A stretch of DNA of 64,000 nt from Eledone cirrhosa. Lineage: Eukaryota. The translations under genes were made by a program, and so were the position numbers. The stretch covers positions 131,812,001 to 131,876,000 of the forward strand of contig OZ024743.1 of the NCBI GenBank assembly GCA_964016885.1, in the 5' to 3' direction. Positions 24,501 to 37,147 of this stretch are shown one piece after another (the first letter of the stretch is position 1; the number at the start of each line of letters is the position of its first letter). The notes beneath the pieces are model-generated. The model searched no databases, was not told where the DNA came from, and saw only the letters and a list, made by a program, of their open reading frames with translations.

Positions 24501-27500
24501 CTTGGTGTTTGGTGTTTGGTGCTTGGTGCTTGGTGTTTGGTGTTTGGTGCTTGCTGCTTGCTGCTTGGTGTTTGGTGCTTGGTGATTGGTGCTTGGTGTT
24601 TTGTGCTTGGTGCTTGGTGTTTGGTGTTTGGTGCTAGGGGCTTAGTGCTTGGTGCTTGGTGTTTGGTGCTTGGTGCTTGCTGTTTGGTGTTTGGTGCTTG
24701 GTGCGTGGGACTTAGTGTTTGGTGTTTGGTGCTTGGTGTTTGGTGCTTGGTGTTTGGGGCTTGGTGTTCGGTGCTTGGTGCTTGGTGCTTGGGGCTTGGT
24801 GTTTGTTGTTTGGTGCTTGGTGCTTGGTCTTTGGTGCTTGGTGTTTGGTGTTTGGTGCTTGGTGCTTGGTGCTTGGTTTTTGGTGCTTGGTGCTTGGTGC
24901 TTGGTGTTTGGTGCTTGGTGCTTGGTGCTTGTTGTTTGGTGCTTGGTGCTTGGTCTTTGGTGCTTGGTGTTTGGTGTTTGGTGCTTGGTGCTTGGTGTTT
25001 GGTGCTTGGTGCTAGGTGTTTAGTGTTTGGTGCTTGGTGCTTGGTGTTTGGTGATTGGTGCTTGGTGCTTGGTGCTTAGTGCTTGGTGTTTGGTGTTTGG
25101 TGCTTGGTGTTTGGTGTTTGGTGTTTGATGCTTGGTTTTTGCTGCTTGGTGCTTGGTGCCTGGTGTTTGGTGCTTGGTGCTTGTTGCTTGGTGCTTGGTG
25201 CTTGGTTATTAGTCTTTGGTGCTTGGTGCTTGGTGTTTGGTGTTTCGTGCTTCGTGTCTAGTGTTTGGGTTTTGGTGTTTGGTGTTTGCTGTATGGTGTT
25301 TGCTGTTTCGTGTTTGGTGCTTCGTGCTTGGTGCTTGGTGTTTGGTGCATGGTGCTTGGTGTTTGAGGCTTGGTGCCTGGTGCTTTGTGTTTGGTGCTAG
25401 GTGCTTGGTGCTTGGTCTTTGGTGTTTGGTGCTTGGTGCTTGGTGCTTGGTGTTTGGTGCTTGGTGCTTGGTGCTTGCTTATTAGTGTTTGGTGCTTGGT
25501 GCTTGGGGTTTGGTGTTTGGTGCTTGGTGCTTGGTGTTTGGTGTTTGCTGTATGGTGTTTGCTGTTTCGTGTTTGGTGTTTGCTGTTTGGTGTTTAATGC
25601 TTGGTGCTTGGTGCTTGGTGTTTGGTGCTTGGTGCTTGGTGCTTGGTGCTTGGCGTTTGCTCTTTGCTGTCTGGTGTTTGGTGCTTGCTGTTTGGCGTTT
25701 GGTGTTTGGTGTTTGGTGTTTGGTGCTTGCTGTTTGGTGCTTGGTGCTTGGTGTTTGGTGTTTGGTGTTTGGTGCTTGGTGCTTGGTGTTTGGTGCTTGT
25801 TGCTTGGTGCTGGGTGTTTGGTGCTTGGTGCGTGGTGCTTGGTGTTTGGTGTTTGGTGCTTGCTGCTTGGTGCTTGGTGTTTGGTGCTTGGTGCTTGGTG
25901 ATTAGTGTTTGGTGCATTGTGCTTGGTGTTTGTTGTTTGGTGCTTGGAGCTTGGTGTTTGGTGCTTGGTGCTTGCTGTTTGGTGTTTGGTGCTTGGTGCT
26001 TGGTCTTTGGTCTTTGGTGTTTAGTGTTTGGTGCTTGGTTCTTGGTGTTTGGTGCTTGGTGTTTGGTGCTTGGTGTTTGGTGCTTGGTGCTTGGTGTTTG
26101 GTACTTGGTGCTTGGTGTTTGGTGTTTGGTGCTTGGTGTTTGGTGCTTGGTGCTTGGTGCTTGGTGTTAAGTGTTTGGTGTTTGCTGTATGGTGTTTGCT
26201 GTTTCGTGTTTGGTGTTTGCTGTTTGGTATTTAATGCTTGGTGCTTGGTGCTTGGTGTTTGGTGCTTGGTGCTTGGTGCTTGGTGCTTGGCGTTTGCTCT
26301 TTGCTTTTTGGTGTTTGGTGCTTGCTGTTTGGTGTTTGGTGTTTGGTGTTTGGTGTTTGGTGCTTGCTGTTTGGTGCTTGGTGCTTGGTGTTTGGTGTTT
26401 GGTGTTTGGTGCTTGGTGCTTGCTGTTTGGTGCTTGGTGCTTGGTGCTGGGTGTTTGGTGCTTGTTGCTTGGTGTTTGGTGCTTGGTGCTTGATGTTTGG
26501 TGCTTGGTGTTTGGTCCTTGGTGCTTGGTGCTTGGTCTTTGGTGCTTGGGGTTTGGTGTTTGGTGCTTGGTGCTTGGTGTTTGGTGCTTGGTGCTTGGTG
26601 CTTGGTGTTTGGTGTTTGGTGCTTGCTGCTTGGTGCTTGGTGTTTGGTGCTTGGTGCTTGGTGATTAGTGTTTGTTGCATGGTGCTTGGTGTTTGTTGTT
26701 TGGTGCTTGGTGCTTGGTGTTTGGTGCTTGGTGCTTGCTGTTTGGTGTTTGGTGTTTGGTGCTTGGTGCTTGGTGTTTGGTGTTTGGTGTTTGGTGTTTG
26801 GTGTTTGGTGCTTGGTGCTTGGTGTTTGGTGCTTGGTGTTTGGTGCTTGGTGTATGTACTTGGTGCTTGGTGCTTGGTGTTTGGTGCTTGGTTCTTGGTG
26901 TTTGGTGCTTGGTGCTTGGTGCTTGGTGTTTGGTGCTTGGTGCTTGGTGTTTGGTACTTGGTGCTTGGTGTTTGGTGTTTGGTGCTTGGTGTTTGGTGCT
27001 TGGTGCTTGGTGCTTGGTGTTAAGTGTTTGGTGCTTGGTGCTTGGTGTTTGGTGCTTCGTGCTTGGTGCTTGGTGTTTGGTGCTTGGTGCTTGGTGTTTG
27101 GTGCTTGGTGCTTGGTGTTTGGTACTTGGTGCTTGGTGTTTGGTGTTTGGTGCTTGGTGTTTGGTGCTTGGTGCTTGGTGCTTGGTGTTAAGTGTTTGGT
27201 GCTTGGTGCTTGGTGTTTGGTGCTTCGTGCTTGGTGTTTGGTGTTTGGTGCTAGGTGCTTGGTGCTTGGTGTTTGGTGCTTAGTGCTTGGTGTTTGGTGC
27301 TTGGTGCTTGGGGGTGGTGTTTGGTGCTTGCTGCTTGGTGTTTGGTGCTTGGTGCTTGGTGCTTGGTGTTTGGTGTTTGGTGTTTGGTGCTTGGTGTTTG
27401 GTGCTTGGTGCTTGGTGCTGGGTCGTTGATGTTTGGTGCTTGGTGCTTGGTGTTTGGTGCTTGGTGCTTGGTGCTTATTGTTTGGTGCTTGGTGCTTGGT

Positions 27501-30400
27501 GCTTGGGGCTTGGCCTTTGGTGCTTGGTGTTTGCTGTTTGGTGTTTGGTGTTTGTGCTTGGTGCTTGGTGCTTGGTGTTTGGTGCTAGGTGCTTGACGCT
27601 TGGCGTTTGGTGCTTGGTGCTTGGTGCTTGGTGATTAGTGTTTGGTGCTTGGTGCTTGGGGTTTGGTGTTTGGTATTTGCTGTTTGGTGTTTGCTGTATG
27701 GTGTTTGCTGTTTTGTGTTTCGTGTTTGCTGTTTGGTGTTTGGTGCTTGGTGCTTGGTGCTTGGTGTTTCGTGCTTGGTGCTTGGTGCTTGGTGTTTGGC
27801 GTTTGCTGTTTGCTGTTTGGTGTTTGGTGTTTGCTGTTTGGTGTTTGCTGTTTGGTGTTTGGTGCTTGGTGCTTGGTGGCTGGTGTTTGGTGCTTGGTGT
27901 TTGGATTTTGGTGCTTGGTGCTTGGTGCCTGGTGTTTCGTGCTTGGTGCTTGGTGCTTGGTGTTTGGTGTTTGGTGCTTGGTGTTTGGTATTTGGTGCTT
28001 GGTGCTTGGTGCTTGGTGTTTGGTGCTTGGTGCTTGGTGCTTGGTGTTTGATGCTGCGTGCTTGGTGTTTGGTGTTTGGTGCTTGATGCTTGGTGTTTGT
28101 TGTTTGGAGCTTGGTGCCTGGTGCTTGTTGTTTGGTGCCTCGTGCTTGTTGTTTGGTGTTTGGTGCTTGGTGCTTGGTGTTTGGTGCTTGGTGCTTGGTG
28201 CTTGGTGTTCGGTGCTTGGTGCTTGGTGTTTGGTGCTTGGTGCTTGGTGTTTGGTGCTTGGTGTTTGGTGCTTGGTGCTTGGTGCTTGGTGCTTGGTGTT
28301 AGGTGTTTGGTGCTTGGTGCTAGGTGTTTGATGTTTGGTCCTTGGTGCTTGGTGTTTGGTGTTTGGTGCTTGGTGCTTGGTGTTTGGTGTTTGGTGCTTG
28401 CTGCTTGGTGCTTGCTGTTTTGTGTTTGGAGTTTGGTGTTTGGTGTTTGGTGCTTCGGTCTTGGTGCTTGGTGTTTGGTGCTTGGTGCTTGGTGTTTGGT
28501 GCTTGGTGCCTGGTGCTTGTTGTTTGGTGCTTGGTGCTTGGTGTTTGATGATTGGTGCTTGGTGTTTGGTGCTTGGTGCTTGGTGCTTGGTGCTTGGTGT
28601 TAGGTGTTTGGTGCTTGGTGCTTGGTGTTTGATGTTTGGTCCTTGGTGCTTGGTGTTTGGTGTTTGGTGCTTGGTGCTTGGTGTTTGGTGTTTGGTGCTT
28701 GGTGCTTGGTGTTTGGTGCTTGCTGCTTGCTGCTTGGGTTTTGGTGCTTGGTGATTGGTGCTTGATGTTTTGTGCTTGGTGCTTGGTGTTTGGTGTTTGG
28801 TGTTTGGTGCTTGGTGCTTGGTGCTTGGTGCTTGGTGCTTGGTGTTTGGTGCTGCGTGCTTGGTGTTTGGTGTCTGGAGTTTGGTGCTTGGTGCTTGGTG
28901 CCTGGTGTTTCGTGCTTGGTGCTTGGTGCTTGGTGTTTGGTGTTTGGTGCTTGGTGTTTGGTGTTTGGTACTTGGTGTTTGGTGCTTGGTGCCTGGTGCT
29001 TGGTGTTTGGTGCTTGGTGCTTGGTGTTTGGTGATTGGTGCTTGGTGTTTGGTGATTGGTGCTTGATGCTTGGTGCTTGGTGTTAGGTGTTTGGTGCTTG
29101 GTGCTTGGTGTTTGATGTTTGGTCCTTGGTGCTTGGTGTTTGGTGTTTGGTGCTTGGTGCTTGGTGTTTGGTGTTTGGTGCTTGCTGCTTGCTGCTTGGT
29201 GTTTGGTGCTTGGTGATTGGTGCTTGGTGTTTTGTGCTTGGTGCTTGGTGTTTGGTGTTTGGTGCTAGGGGCTTAGTGCTTGGTGCTTGGTGTTTGGTGC
29301 TTGGTGCTTGCTGTTTGGTGTTTGGTGCTTGGTGCGTGGGACTCAGTGTTTGGTGTTTGGTGCTTGGTGTTTGGTGCTTGGTGTTTGGGGCTTGGTGTTC
29401 GGTGCTTGGTGCTTGGTGCTTGGGGCTTGGTGTTTGTTGTTTGGTGCTTGGTGCTTGGTCTTTGGTGCTTGGTGTTTGGTGTTTGGTGCTTGGTGCTTGG
29501 TGCTTGGTTTTTGGTGCTTGGTGCTTGGTGCTTGGTGTTTGGTGCTTGGTGCTTGGTGCTTGTTGTTTGGTGCTTGGTGCTTGGTCTTTGGTGCTTGGTG
29601 TTTGGTGTTTGGTGCTTGGTGCTTGGTGTTTGGTGCTTGGTGCCTGGTGTTTAGTGTTTGGTGCTTGGTGCTTGGTGTTTGGTGATTGGTGCTTGGTGCT
29701 TGGTGCTTAGTGCTTGGTGTTTGGTGTTTGGTGCTTGGTGTTTGGTGTTTGGTGTTTGATGCTTGGTTTTTGCTGCTTGGTGCTTGGTGCCTGGTGCTTG
29801 GTGCTTGGTGCTTGTTGTTTGGTGCTTGGTGCTTGGTTATTAGTCTTTGGTGCTTGGTGCTTGGTGTTTCGTGTTTCGTGCTTCGTGTCTAGTGTTTGGG
29901 TTTTGGTGTTTGGTGTTTGCTGTATGGTGTTTGCTGTTTCGTGTTTGGTGCTTCGTGCTTGGTGCTTGGTGTTTGGTGCATGGTGCTTGGTGTTTGAGGC
30001 TTGGTGCCTGGTGCTTTGTGTTTGGTGCTAGGTGCTTGGTGCTTGGTCTTTGGTGTTTGGTGCTTGGTGCTTGGTGCTTGGTGTTTGGTGCTTGGTGCTT
30101 GGTGCTTGGTTATTAGTGTTTGGTTCTTGGTGCTTGGGGTTTGGTGTTTGGTGCTTGGTGCTTGGTGTTTGGTGTTTGCTGTATGGTGTTTGCTGTTTCG
30201 TGTTTGGTGTTTGCTGTTTGGTGTTTAATGCTTGGTGCTTCGTGCTTGGTGTTTGGTGCTTGGTGCTTGGTGCTTGGTGCTTGGCGTTTGCTCTTTGCTG
30301 TTTGGTGTTTGGTGCTTGCTGTTTGGTGTTTGGTGTTTGGTGTTTGGTGTTTGGTGCTTGCTGTTTGGTGCTTGGTGCTTGGTGCTTGGTGTTTGGTGCT
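21550..30400 (+). repeat. Tandem duplication, offset ~4624-4631 bp, more diverged than the left-hand blocks
   Basis: Similar ORF pairs 21606/26231, 22043/26668, 23459/28090, 24456/29087 and 25370/30001. Landmark GCGTGGGACT at 24703 and 29334. Confidence 0.87.
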
Positions 30401-30549
30401 TGGTGCTTGGTGCTGGGTGTTTGGTGCTTGTTGCTTGGTGTTTGGTGCTTGGTGCTTGATGCTTGGTGCTTGGTGTTTGGTCCTTGGTGCTTGGTGCTTG
30501 GTCTTTGGTGCTTGGGGTTTGGTGTTTGGTGCTTGGTGCTTGGTGTTTG

Positions 30550-32500
30550 GTGTTCCGTGCTTGGTGCTTGGTGCTTGGTGTTTGGCGTTTGCTGTTTGCT
30601 GTTTGGTGTTTGGTGTTTGCTGTTTAGTGTTTGCTGTTTGGTGTTTGGTGCTTGGTGCTTGGTGGCTGGTGTTTGGTGCTTGGTGTTTGAATTTTGGTGC
30701 TTGGTGCTTGGTGCCTGGTGTTTCGTGCTTGGTGCTTGGTGCTTGGTGTTTGGTGTTTGGTGCTTGGTGTTTGGTATTTGGTGCTTGGTGCTTGGTGCTT
30801 GGTGTTTGGTGCTTGGTGCTTGGTGCTTGGTGTTTGATGCTGCGTGCTTGGTGTTTGGTGTTTGGTGCTTGATGCTTGGTGTTTGTTGTTTGGAGCTTGG
30901 TGCCTGGTGCTTGTTGTTTGGTGCCTCGTGCTTGTTGTTTGGTGTTTGGTGCTTGGTGCTTGGTGTTTGGTGCTTGGTGCTTGGTGCTTGGTGTTTGGTG
31001 CTTGGTGCTTGGTGTTTGGTGCTTGGTGCTTGGTGTTTGGTGCTTGGTGTTTGGTGCTTGGTGCTTGGTGCTTGGTGCTTGGTGTTAGGTGTTTGGTGCT
31101 TGGTGCTTGGTGTTTGATGTTTGGTCCTTGGTGCTTGGTGTTTGGTGTTTGGTGCTTGGTGCTTGGTGTTTGGTGTTTGGTGCTTGGTGCTTGGTGCTTG
31201 GTGTTTTGTGTTTGAAGTTTGGTGCTTGGTGTTTGGTGCTTCGGTCTTGGTGCTTGGTGTTTGGTGCTTGGTGCTTGGTGTTTGGTGCTTGTTGCCTGGT
31301 GCTTGTTGTTTGGTGCTTGGTGCTTGGTGTTTGATGATTGGTGCTTGGTGTTTGGTGCTTGGTGCTTGGTGCTTGGTGTTAGGTGTTTGGTGCTTGGTGC
31401 TTGGTGTTTGATGTTTGGTCCTTGGCGCTTGGTGTTTGGTGTTTGGTGCTTGGTGCTTGGTGTTTGGTGTTTGGTGCTTGGTGCTTGGTGTTTGGTGCTT
31501 GCTGCTTGCTGCTTGGGTTTTGGTGCTTGGTGATTGGTGCTTGGTGTTTTGTGCTTGGTGCTTGGTGTTTGGTGTTTGGTGTTTGGTGCTTGGTGCTTGG
31601 TGCTTGGTGCTTGGTGCTTGGTGTTTGGTGCTGCGTGCTTGGTGTTTGGTGTCTGGAGTTTGGTGCTTGGTGCTTGGTGCCTGGTGTTTCGTGCTTGGTG
31701 CTTGGTGCTTGGTGTTTGGTGTTTGGTGCTTGGTGTTTGGTGTTTGGTACTTGGTGTTTGGTGCTTGGTGCCTGGTGCTTGGTGTTTGGTGCTTGGTGCT
31801 TGGTGTTTGGTGATTGGTGCTTGGTGTTTGGTGATTGGTGCTTGATGCTTGGTGCTTGGTGTTAGGTGTTTGGTGCTTGGTGCTTGGTGTTTGATGTTTG
31901 GTCCTTGGTGCTTGGTGTTTGGTGTTTGGTGCTTGGTGCTTGGTGTTTGGTGTTTGGTGCTTGCTGCTTGCTGCTTGGTGTTTGGTGCTTGGTGATTGGT
32001 GCTTGGTGTTTTGTGCTTGGTGCTTGGTGTTTGGTGTTTGGTGCTAGGGGCTTAGTGCTTGGTGCTTGGTGTTTGGTGCTTGGTGCTTGCTGTTTGGTGT
32101 TTGGTGCTTGGTGCGTGGGACTTAGTGTTTGGTGTTTGGTGCTTGGTGTTTGGTGCTTGGTGTTTGGGGCTTGGTGTTCGGTGCTTGGTGCTTGGTGCTT
32201 GGGGCTTGGTGTTTGTTGTTTGGTGCTTGGTGCTTGGTCTTTGGTGGTTGGTGTTTGCTGTTTGGTGCTTGGTGCTTGGTGCTTGGTTTTTGGTGCTTGG
32301 TGCTTGGTGCTTGGTGTTTGGTGCTTGGTGCTTGGTGCTTGTTGTTTGGTGCTTGGTCTTTGGTGCTTGGTGTTTGGTGTTTGGTGCTTGGAGCTTGGTG
32401 TTTGGTGCTTGGTGCCTGGTGTTTAGTGTTTGGTGTTTGGTGATTGGTGCTTGGTGATTGGTGCTTAGTGCTTGGTGTTTGGTGTTTGGTGCTTGGTGTT
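30550..32500 (+). repeat. Further copy of the subfamily-II module (offset ~2779-2786 from 27.8-29.7 kb)
   Basis: ORF pairs 28090/30876 and 29087/31866. Landmark at 32113. Confidence 0.8.
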
Positions 32501-34429
32501 TGGTGCATGGTGCTTGGTGTTTGAGGCTTGGTGCCTGGTGCTTTGTGTTTGGTGCTAGGTGCTTGGTGCTTGGTCTTTGGTGTTTGGTGCTTGGTGCTTG
32601 GTGCTTGGTGTTTGGTGCTTGGTGCTTGGTGCTTGGTTATTAGTGTTTGGTGCTTGGTGCTTGGGGTTTGGTGTTTGGTGCTTGGTGCTTGATGTTTGGT
32701 GTTTGCTCTATGGTGTTTGCTGTTTCGTGTTTGGTGTTTGCTGTTTGGTGTTTAATGCTTGGTGCTTGGTGCTTGGTGTTTGGTGCTTGGTGCTTGGTGC
32801 TTGGTGCTTGGCGTTTGCTCTTTGCTGTTTGGTGTTTGGTGCTTGCTGTTTGGTGTTTGGTGTTTGGTGTTTGGTGCTTGCTGTTTGGTGCTTGGTGCTT
32901 GGTGTTTGGTGTTTGGTGTTTGGTGCTTGGTGCTTGGTGTTTGGTGCTTGGTGCTTGGTGCTTGGTGTTTGGTGCTTGTTGCTTGGTGTTTGGTGCTTGG
33001 TGCTTGATGCTTGGTGCTTGGTGTTTGGTCCTTGGTGCTTGGTGCTTGGTCTTTGGTGCTTGGGGTTTGGTGTTTGGTGCTTGGTGCTTGGTGTTTGGTG
33101 CTTGGTGCTTGGTGCTTGGTGTTTGGTGTTTGGTGCTTGCTGCTTGGTGCTTGGTGTTTGGTGCTTGGTGCTTGGTGATTAGTGTTTGGTGCATGGTGCT
33201 TGTTGTTTGTTGTTTGGTGCTTGGTGCTTGGTGTTTGGTGCTTGGTGCTTGCTGTTTGTTGGTGGTGTTTGGTGCTTGGTGCTTGGTGTTTGGTGTTTGG
33301 TGTTTGGTGTTTGGTGTTTGGTGTTTGGTGTTTGGTGCTTGGTGCTTGGTGTTTGGTGCTTGGTGTTTGGTGCTTGGTGTATGTACTTGGTGCTTGGTGC
33401 TTGGTGTTTGGTGCTTGGTTCTTGGTGTTTGGTGCTTGGTGCTTGGTGCTTGGTTTTTGGTGCTTGGTGCTTGGTATTTGGTACTTGGTGCTTGGTGTTT
33501 GGTGTTTGGTGCTTGGTGCTTGGTGTTAAGTGTTTGGTGCTTGGTGCTGGTGTTTGGTGCTTCGTGCTTGGTGCTTGGTGTTTGGTGCATGGTGCTTGAT
33601 GTTTGGGGCTTGGTGCCTGGTGCTTGTTGTTTGGTGCTTGGTGCTTGGGGCTTGGTGTTTGGTGTTTGGTGCTTGGTGTTCGGTGCTTGGTGCTTGGTGC
33701 TTGGTACTTGGTGTTAGGTTTTTGGTGCTTGGGGCTTGGTGTTTGATGTTTGGTCCTTGGTGCTTGGTGTTTGGTGTTTGGTGCTTGGTGCTCGGTGTTT
33801 CGTGTTTGGTGCTTGCTGCTTGCCGCTTGGTGATTGGTGCTTGGTGATTGGTGCTTGGTGTTTGGTGCTTGGTGGTTGGTGCTTGGTGTTTGGTGTTTGG
33901 TGCTAGGCGTTTGGTGCTTGGTGTTTGGTGCTTGGTGCTTGGTGTTTGCTGTTTGGTGCTTGGGGCTTGGGGCTTGGTGTTTGGTGCTTGCTGCCTGGTG
34001 TTTGGTGCTTGGTGCTTGGTGCTTGGCGTTTGGTGTTTGGTGTTTGGTGCTTGGTGTTTGGTGCTTGGTGCTTGGTGCTGGGTGGTTGATGTTTGGTGCT
34101 TGGTGCTTGGTGTTTGGTGCTTGGTGCTTGGTGCTTATTGTTTGGTGTTTGGTGCTTGGTGCTTGGTGTTTGGTGCTTGGTGCTTGGTGCTTGGTGTTTG
34201 GTGCTTGGTGCTTGGTGTTTGGTGCTTGGTGCTTGGTGTTTGGTGCTTGGTGTTTGGTGCTTGGTGCTTGGTGCTTGGTGCTTGGTGTTAGGTGTTTGGT
34301 GCTTGGTGCTTGGTGTTTGATGTTTGGTCCTTGGTGCTTGGTGTTTGGTGTTTGGTGCTTGGTGCTTGGTGTTTGGTGTTTGGTGCTTGCTGCTTGGTGC
34401 TTGGTGCTTGGTGTTTGGTGCTTGGTGCT

Positions 34430-36280
34430 TGGTGTTTGGTGTTTGGCGTTTGCTGTTTGCTGTTTGGTGTTTGGTGTTTGCTGTTTGGTGTTTGCTGTTT
34501 GGTGTTTGGTGCTTGGTGCTTGGTGTCTGGTGTTTGGTGCTTGGTGTTTGGATTTTGGTGCTTGGTGCTTGGTGCCTGGTGTTTCGTGCTTGGTGCTTGG
34601 TGCTTGGTGTTTGGTGTTTGGTGCTTGGTGTTTGGTGTTTGGTATTTGGTGCTTGGTGCTTGGTGCTTGGTGTTTGGTGCTTGGTGCTTGGTGCTTGGTG
34701 TTTGATGCTGCGTGCTTGGTGTTTGGTGTTTGGTGCTTGGTGCTTGGTGTTTGTTGTTTGGAGCTTGGTGCCTGCTGCTTGTTGTTTGGTGCCTGGTGCT
34801 TGTTGTTTGGTGTTTGGTGCTTGGTGCTTGGTGTTTGGTGCTTGGTGCTTGGTGCTTGGTGTTTGGTGCTTGGTGCTTGGTGTTTGGTGCTTGGTGCTTG
34901 GTGTTTGGTGCTTGGTGTTTGGTGCTTGGTGCTTGGTGCTTGGTGCTTGGTGTTAGGTGTTTGGTGCTTGGTGCTTGGTGTTTGATGTTTGGTCCTTGGT
35001 GCTTGGTGTTTGGTGTTTGGTGCTTGGTGCTTGGTGTTTGGTGTTTGGTGCTTGCTGCTTGGTGCTTGGTGCTTGGTGTTTGGTGCTTCGGTCTTGGTTC
35101 TTGGTGTTTGGTGCTTGGTGCTTGGTGTTTGGTGCTTGGTGCCTGGTGCTTGGTGTTTGGTGCTTGGTGCTTGGTGTTTGGTGCTTGGTGCTTGGTGCTT
35201 ATTGTTTGGTGCTTGGTGCTTGGTGCTTGGTGCTTGGTCTTTGGTGCTTGGTGTTTGGTGTTTGGTGTTTGTGCTTGGTGCTTGGTGCTTGGTGTTTGGT
35301 GCTAGGTGCTTGACGCAGTGTGTTTGGTGCTTGGTGCTTGGTGCTTGGTGATTAGTGTTTGGTGCTTGGTGCTTGGAGTTTGGTGTTTGGTGTTTGCTGT
35401 TTGGTGTTTGCGGTTTGGTGTCTGCTTTTTGGTGTTTGGTGTTTGCTGTATGGTGTTTGCTGTTTTGTGTTTCGTGTTTGCTGTTTGGTGTTTGGTGCTT
35501 GGTGCTTGGTGCTTGGTATTTGGTGCTTGGTGCTTGGTGCTTGGTGTTTGGCGTTTGCTGTTTGCTGTTTGCTGTTTGGTGTTTGCTGTTTGGTGTTTGC
35601 TGTTTGGTGTTTGGTGCTTGGTGCTTGGTGGCTGGTGTTTGGTGCTTGGTGTTTGGATTTTGGTGCTTGGTGCTTGGTGCCTGGTGTTTCGTGCTTGGTG
35701 CTTGGTGCTTGGTGCTTGGTGTTTGTTGCTTGGTGTTTGGTGTTTGGTATTTGGTGCTTGGTGCTTGGTGCTTGGTGTTTGGTGCTTGGTGCTTGGTGCT
35801 TGGTGTTTGATGCTGCGTGCTTGGTGTTTGGTGTTTGGTGCTTGGTGCTTGGTGTTTGGTGTTTGGAGCTTGGTGCCTGGTGCTTGTTGTTTGGTGCCTG
35901 GTGCTTGTTGTTTGGTGTTTGGTGCTTGGTGCTTGGTGTTTGGTGCTTGGTGCTTGGTGCTTGGTGTTTGGTGCTTGGTGCTTGGTGTTTGGTGCTTGGT
36001 GCTTGGTGTTTGGTGCTTGGTGTTTGGTGCTTGGTGCTTGGTGCTTGGTGCTTGGTGTTAGGTGTTTGGTGCTTGGTGCTTGGTGTTTGATGTTTGGTCC
36101 TTGGTGCTTGGTGTTTGGTGTTTGGTGCTTGGTGCTTGGTGTTTGGTGTTTGGTGCTTGCTGCTTGGTGCTTGGTGCTTGGTGTTTGGTGCTTCGGTCTT
36201 GGTGCTTGGTGTTTGGTGCTTGGTGCTTGGTGTTTGGTGCTTGGTGCCTGGTGCTTGGTGTTTGGTGCTTGGTGCTTGGT
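34430..36280 (+). repeat. Local duplication, offset ~1105 bp
   Basis: ORF pairs 34712/35817, 34957/36062 and 34989/36094. Shared GGATTTTGG and GATGCTGCGTG landmarks. Confidence 0.78.
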
Positions 36281-37147
36281 GTTTGGTGATTGGTGTTTGG
36301 TGTTTGGTGCTTGGTGCTTGGTGCTTGGTGTTAGGTGTTTGGTGCTTGGTGCTTGGTGTTCGATGTTTGGTCCTTGGTGCTTGGTGTTTGGTGTTTGGTG
36401 CTTGGTGCTTGGTGTTTGGTGTTTGGTGCTTGGTGCTTGGTGTTTGGTGCTTGCTGCTTGCTGCTTGGGTTTTGGTGCTTGGTGATTGGTGCTTGGTGTT
36501 TTGTGCTTGGTGCTTGGTGTTTGGTGTTTGGTGTTTGGTGCTTGGTGCTTGGTGCTTGGTGTTTGGTGCTTGGTGATTGGTGCTTGGTGTTTGGTGCTGC
36601 GTGCTTGGTGTTTGGTGTCTGGAGTTTGGTGCTTGGTGCTTGGTGCCTGGTGTTTCGTGCTTGGTGCTTGGTGCTTGGTGTTTGGTGCTTGGTGCTTGGT
36701 GTTTGGTGTTTGGTACTTGGTGTTTGGTGCTTGGTGCCTGGTGCTTGGTGTTTGGTGATTGGTGCTTGGTGTTTGGTGATTGGTGCTTGATGCTTGGTGC
36801 TTGGTGTTAGGTGTTTGGTGCTTGGTGCTTGGTGTTTGATGTTTGGTCCTTGGTGCTTGGTGTTTGGTGTTTGGTGCTTGGTGCTTGGTGTTTGGTGTTT
36901 GGTGCTTGCTGCTTGCTGCTTGGTGTTTGGTGCTTGGTGATTGGTGCTTGGTGTTTTGTGCTTGGTGCTTGGTGTTTGGTGTTTGGTGCTAGGGGCTTAG
37001 TGCTTGGTGGTTGGTGTTTGGTGCTTGGTGCTTGCTGTTTGGTGTTTGGTGCTTGGTGCGTGGGACTTAGTGTTTGGTGTTTGGTGCTTGGTGTTTGGTG
37101 CTTGGTGTTTGGTGCTTGGGGCTTGGTGTTTGTTGTTTGGTGCTTGG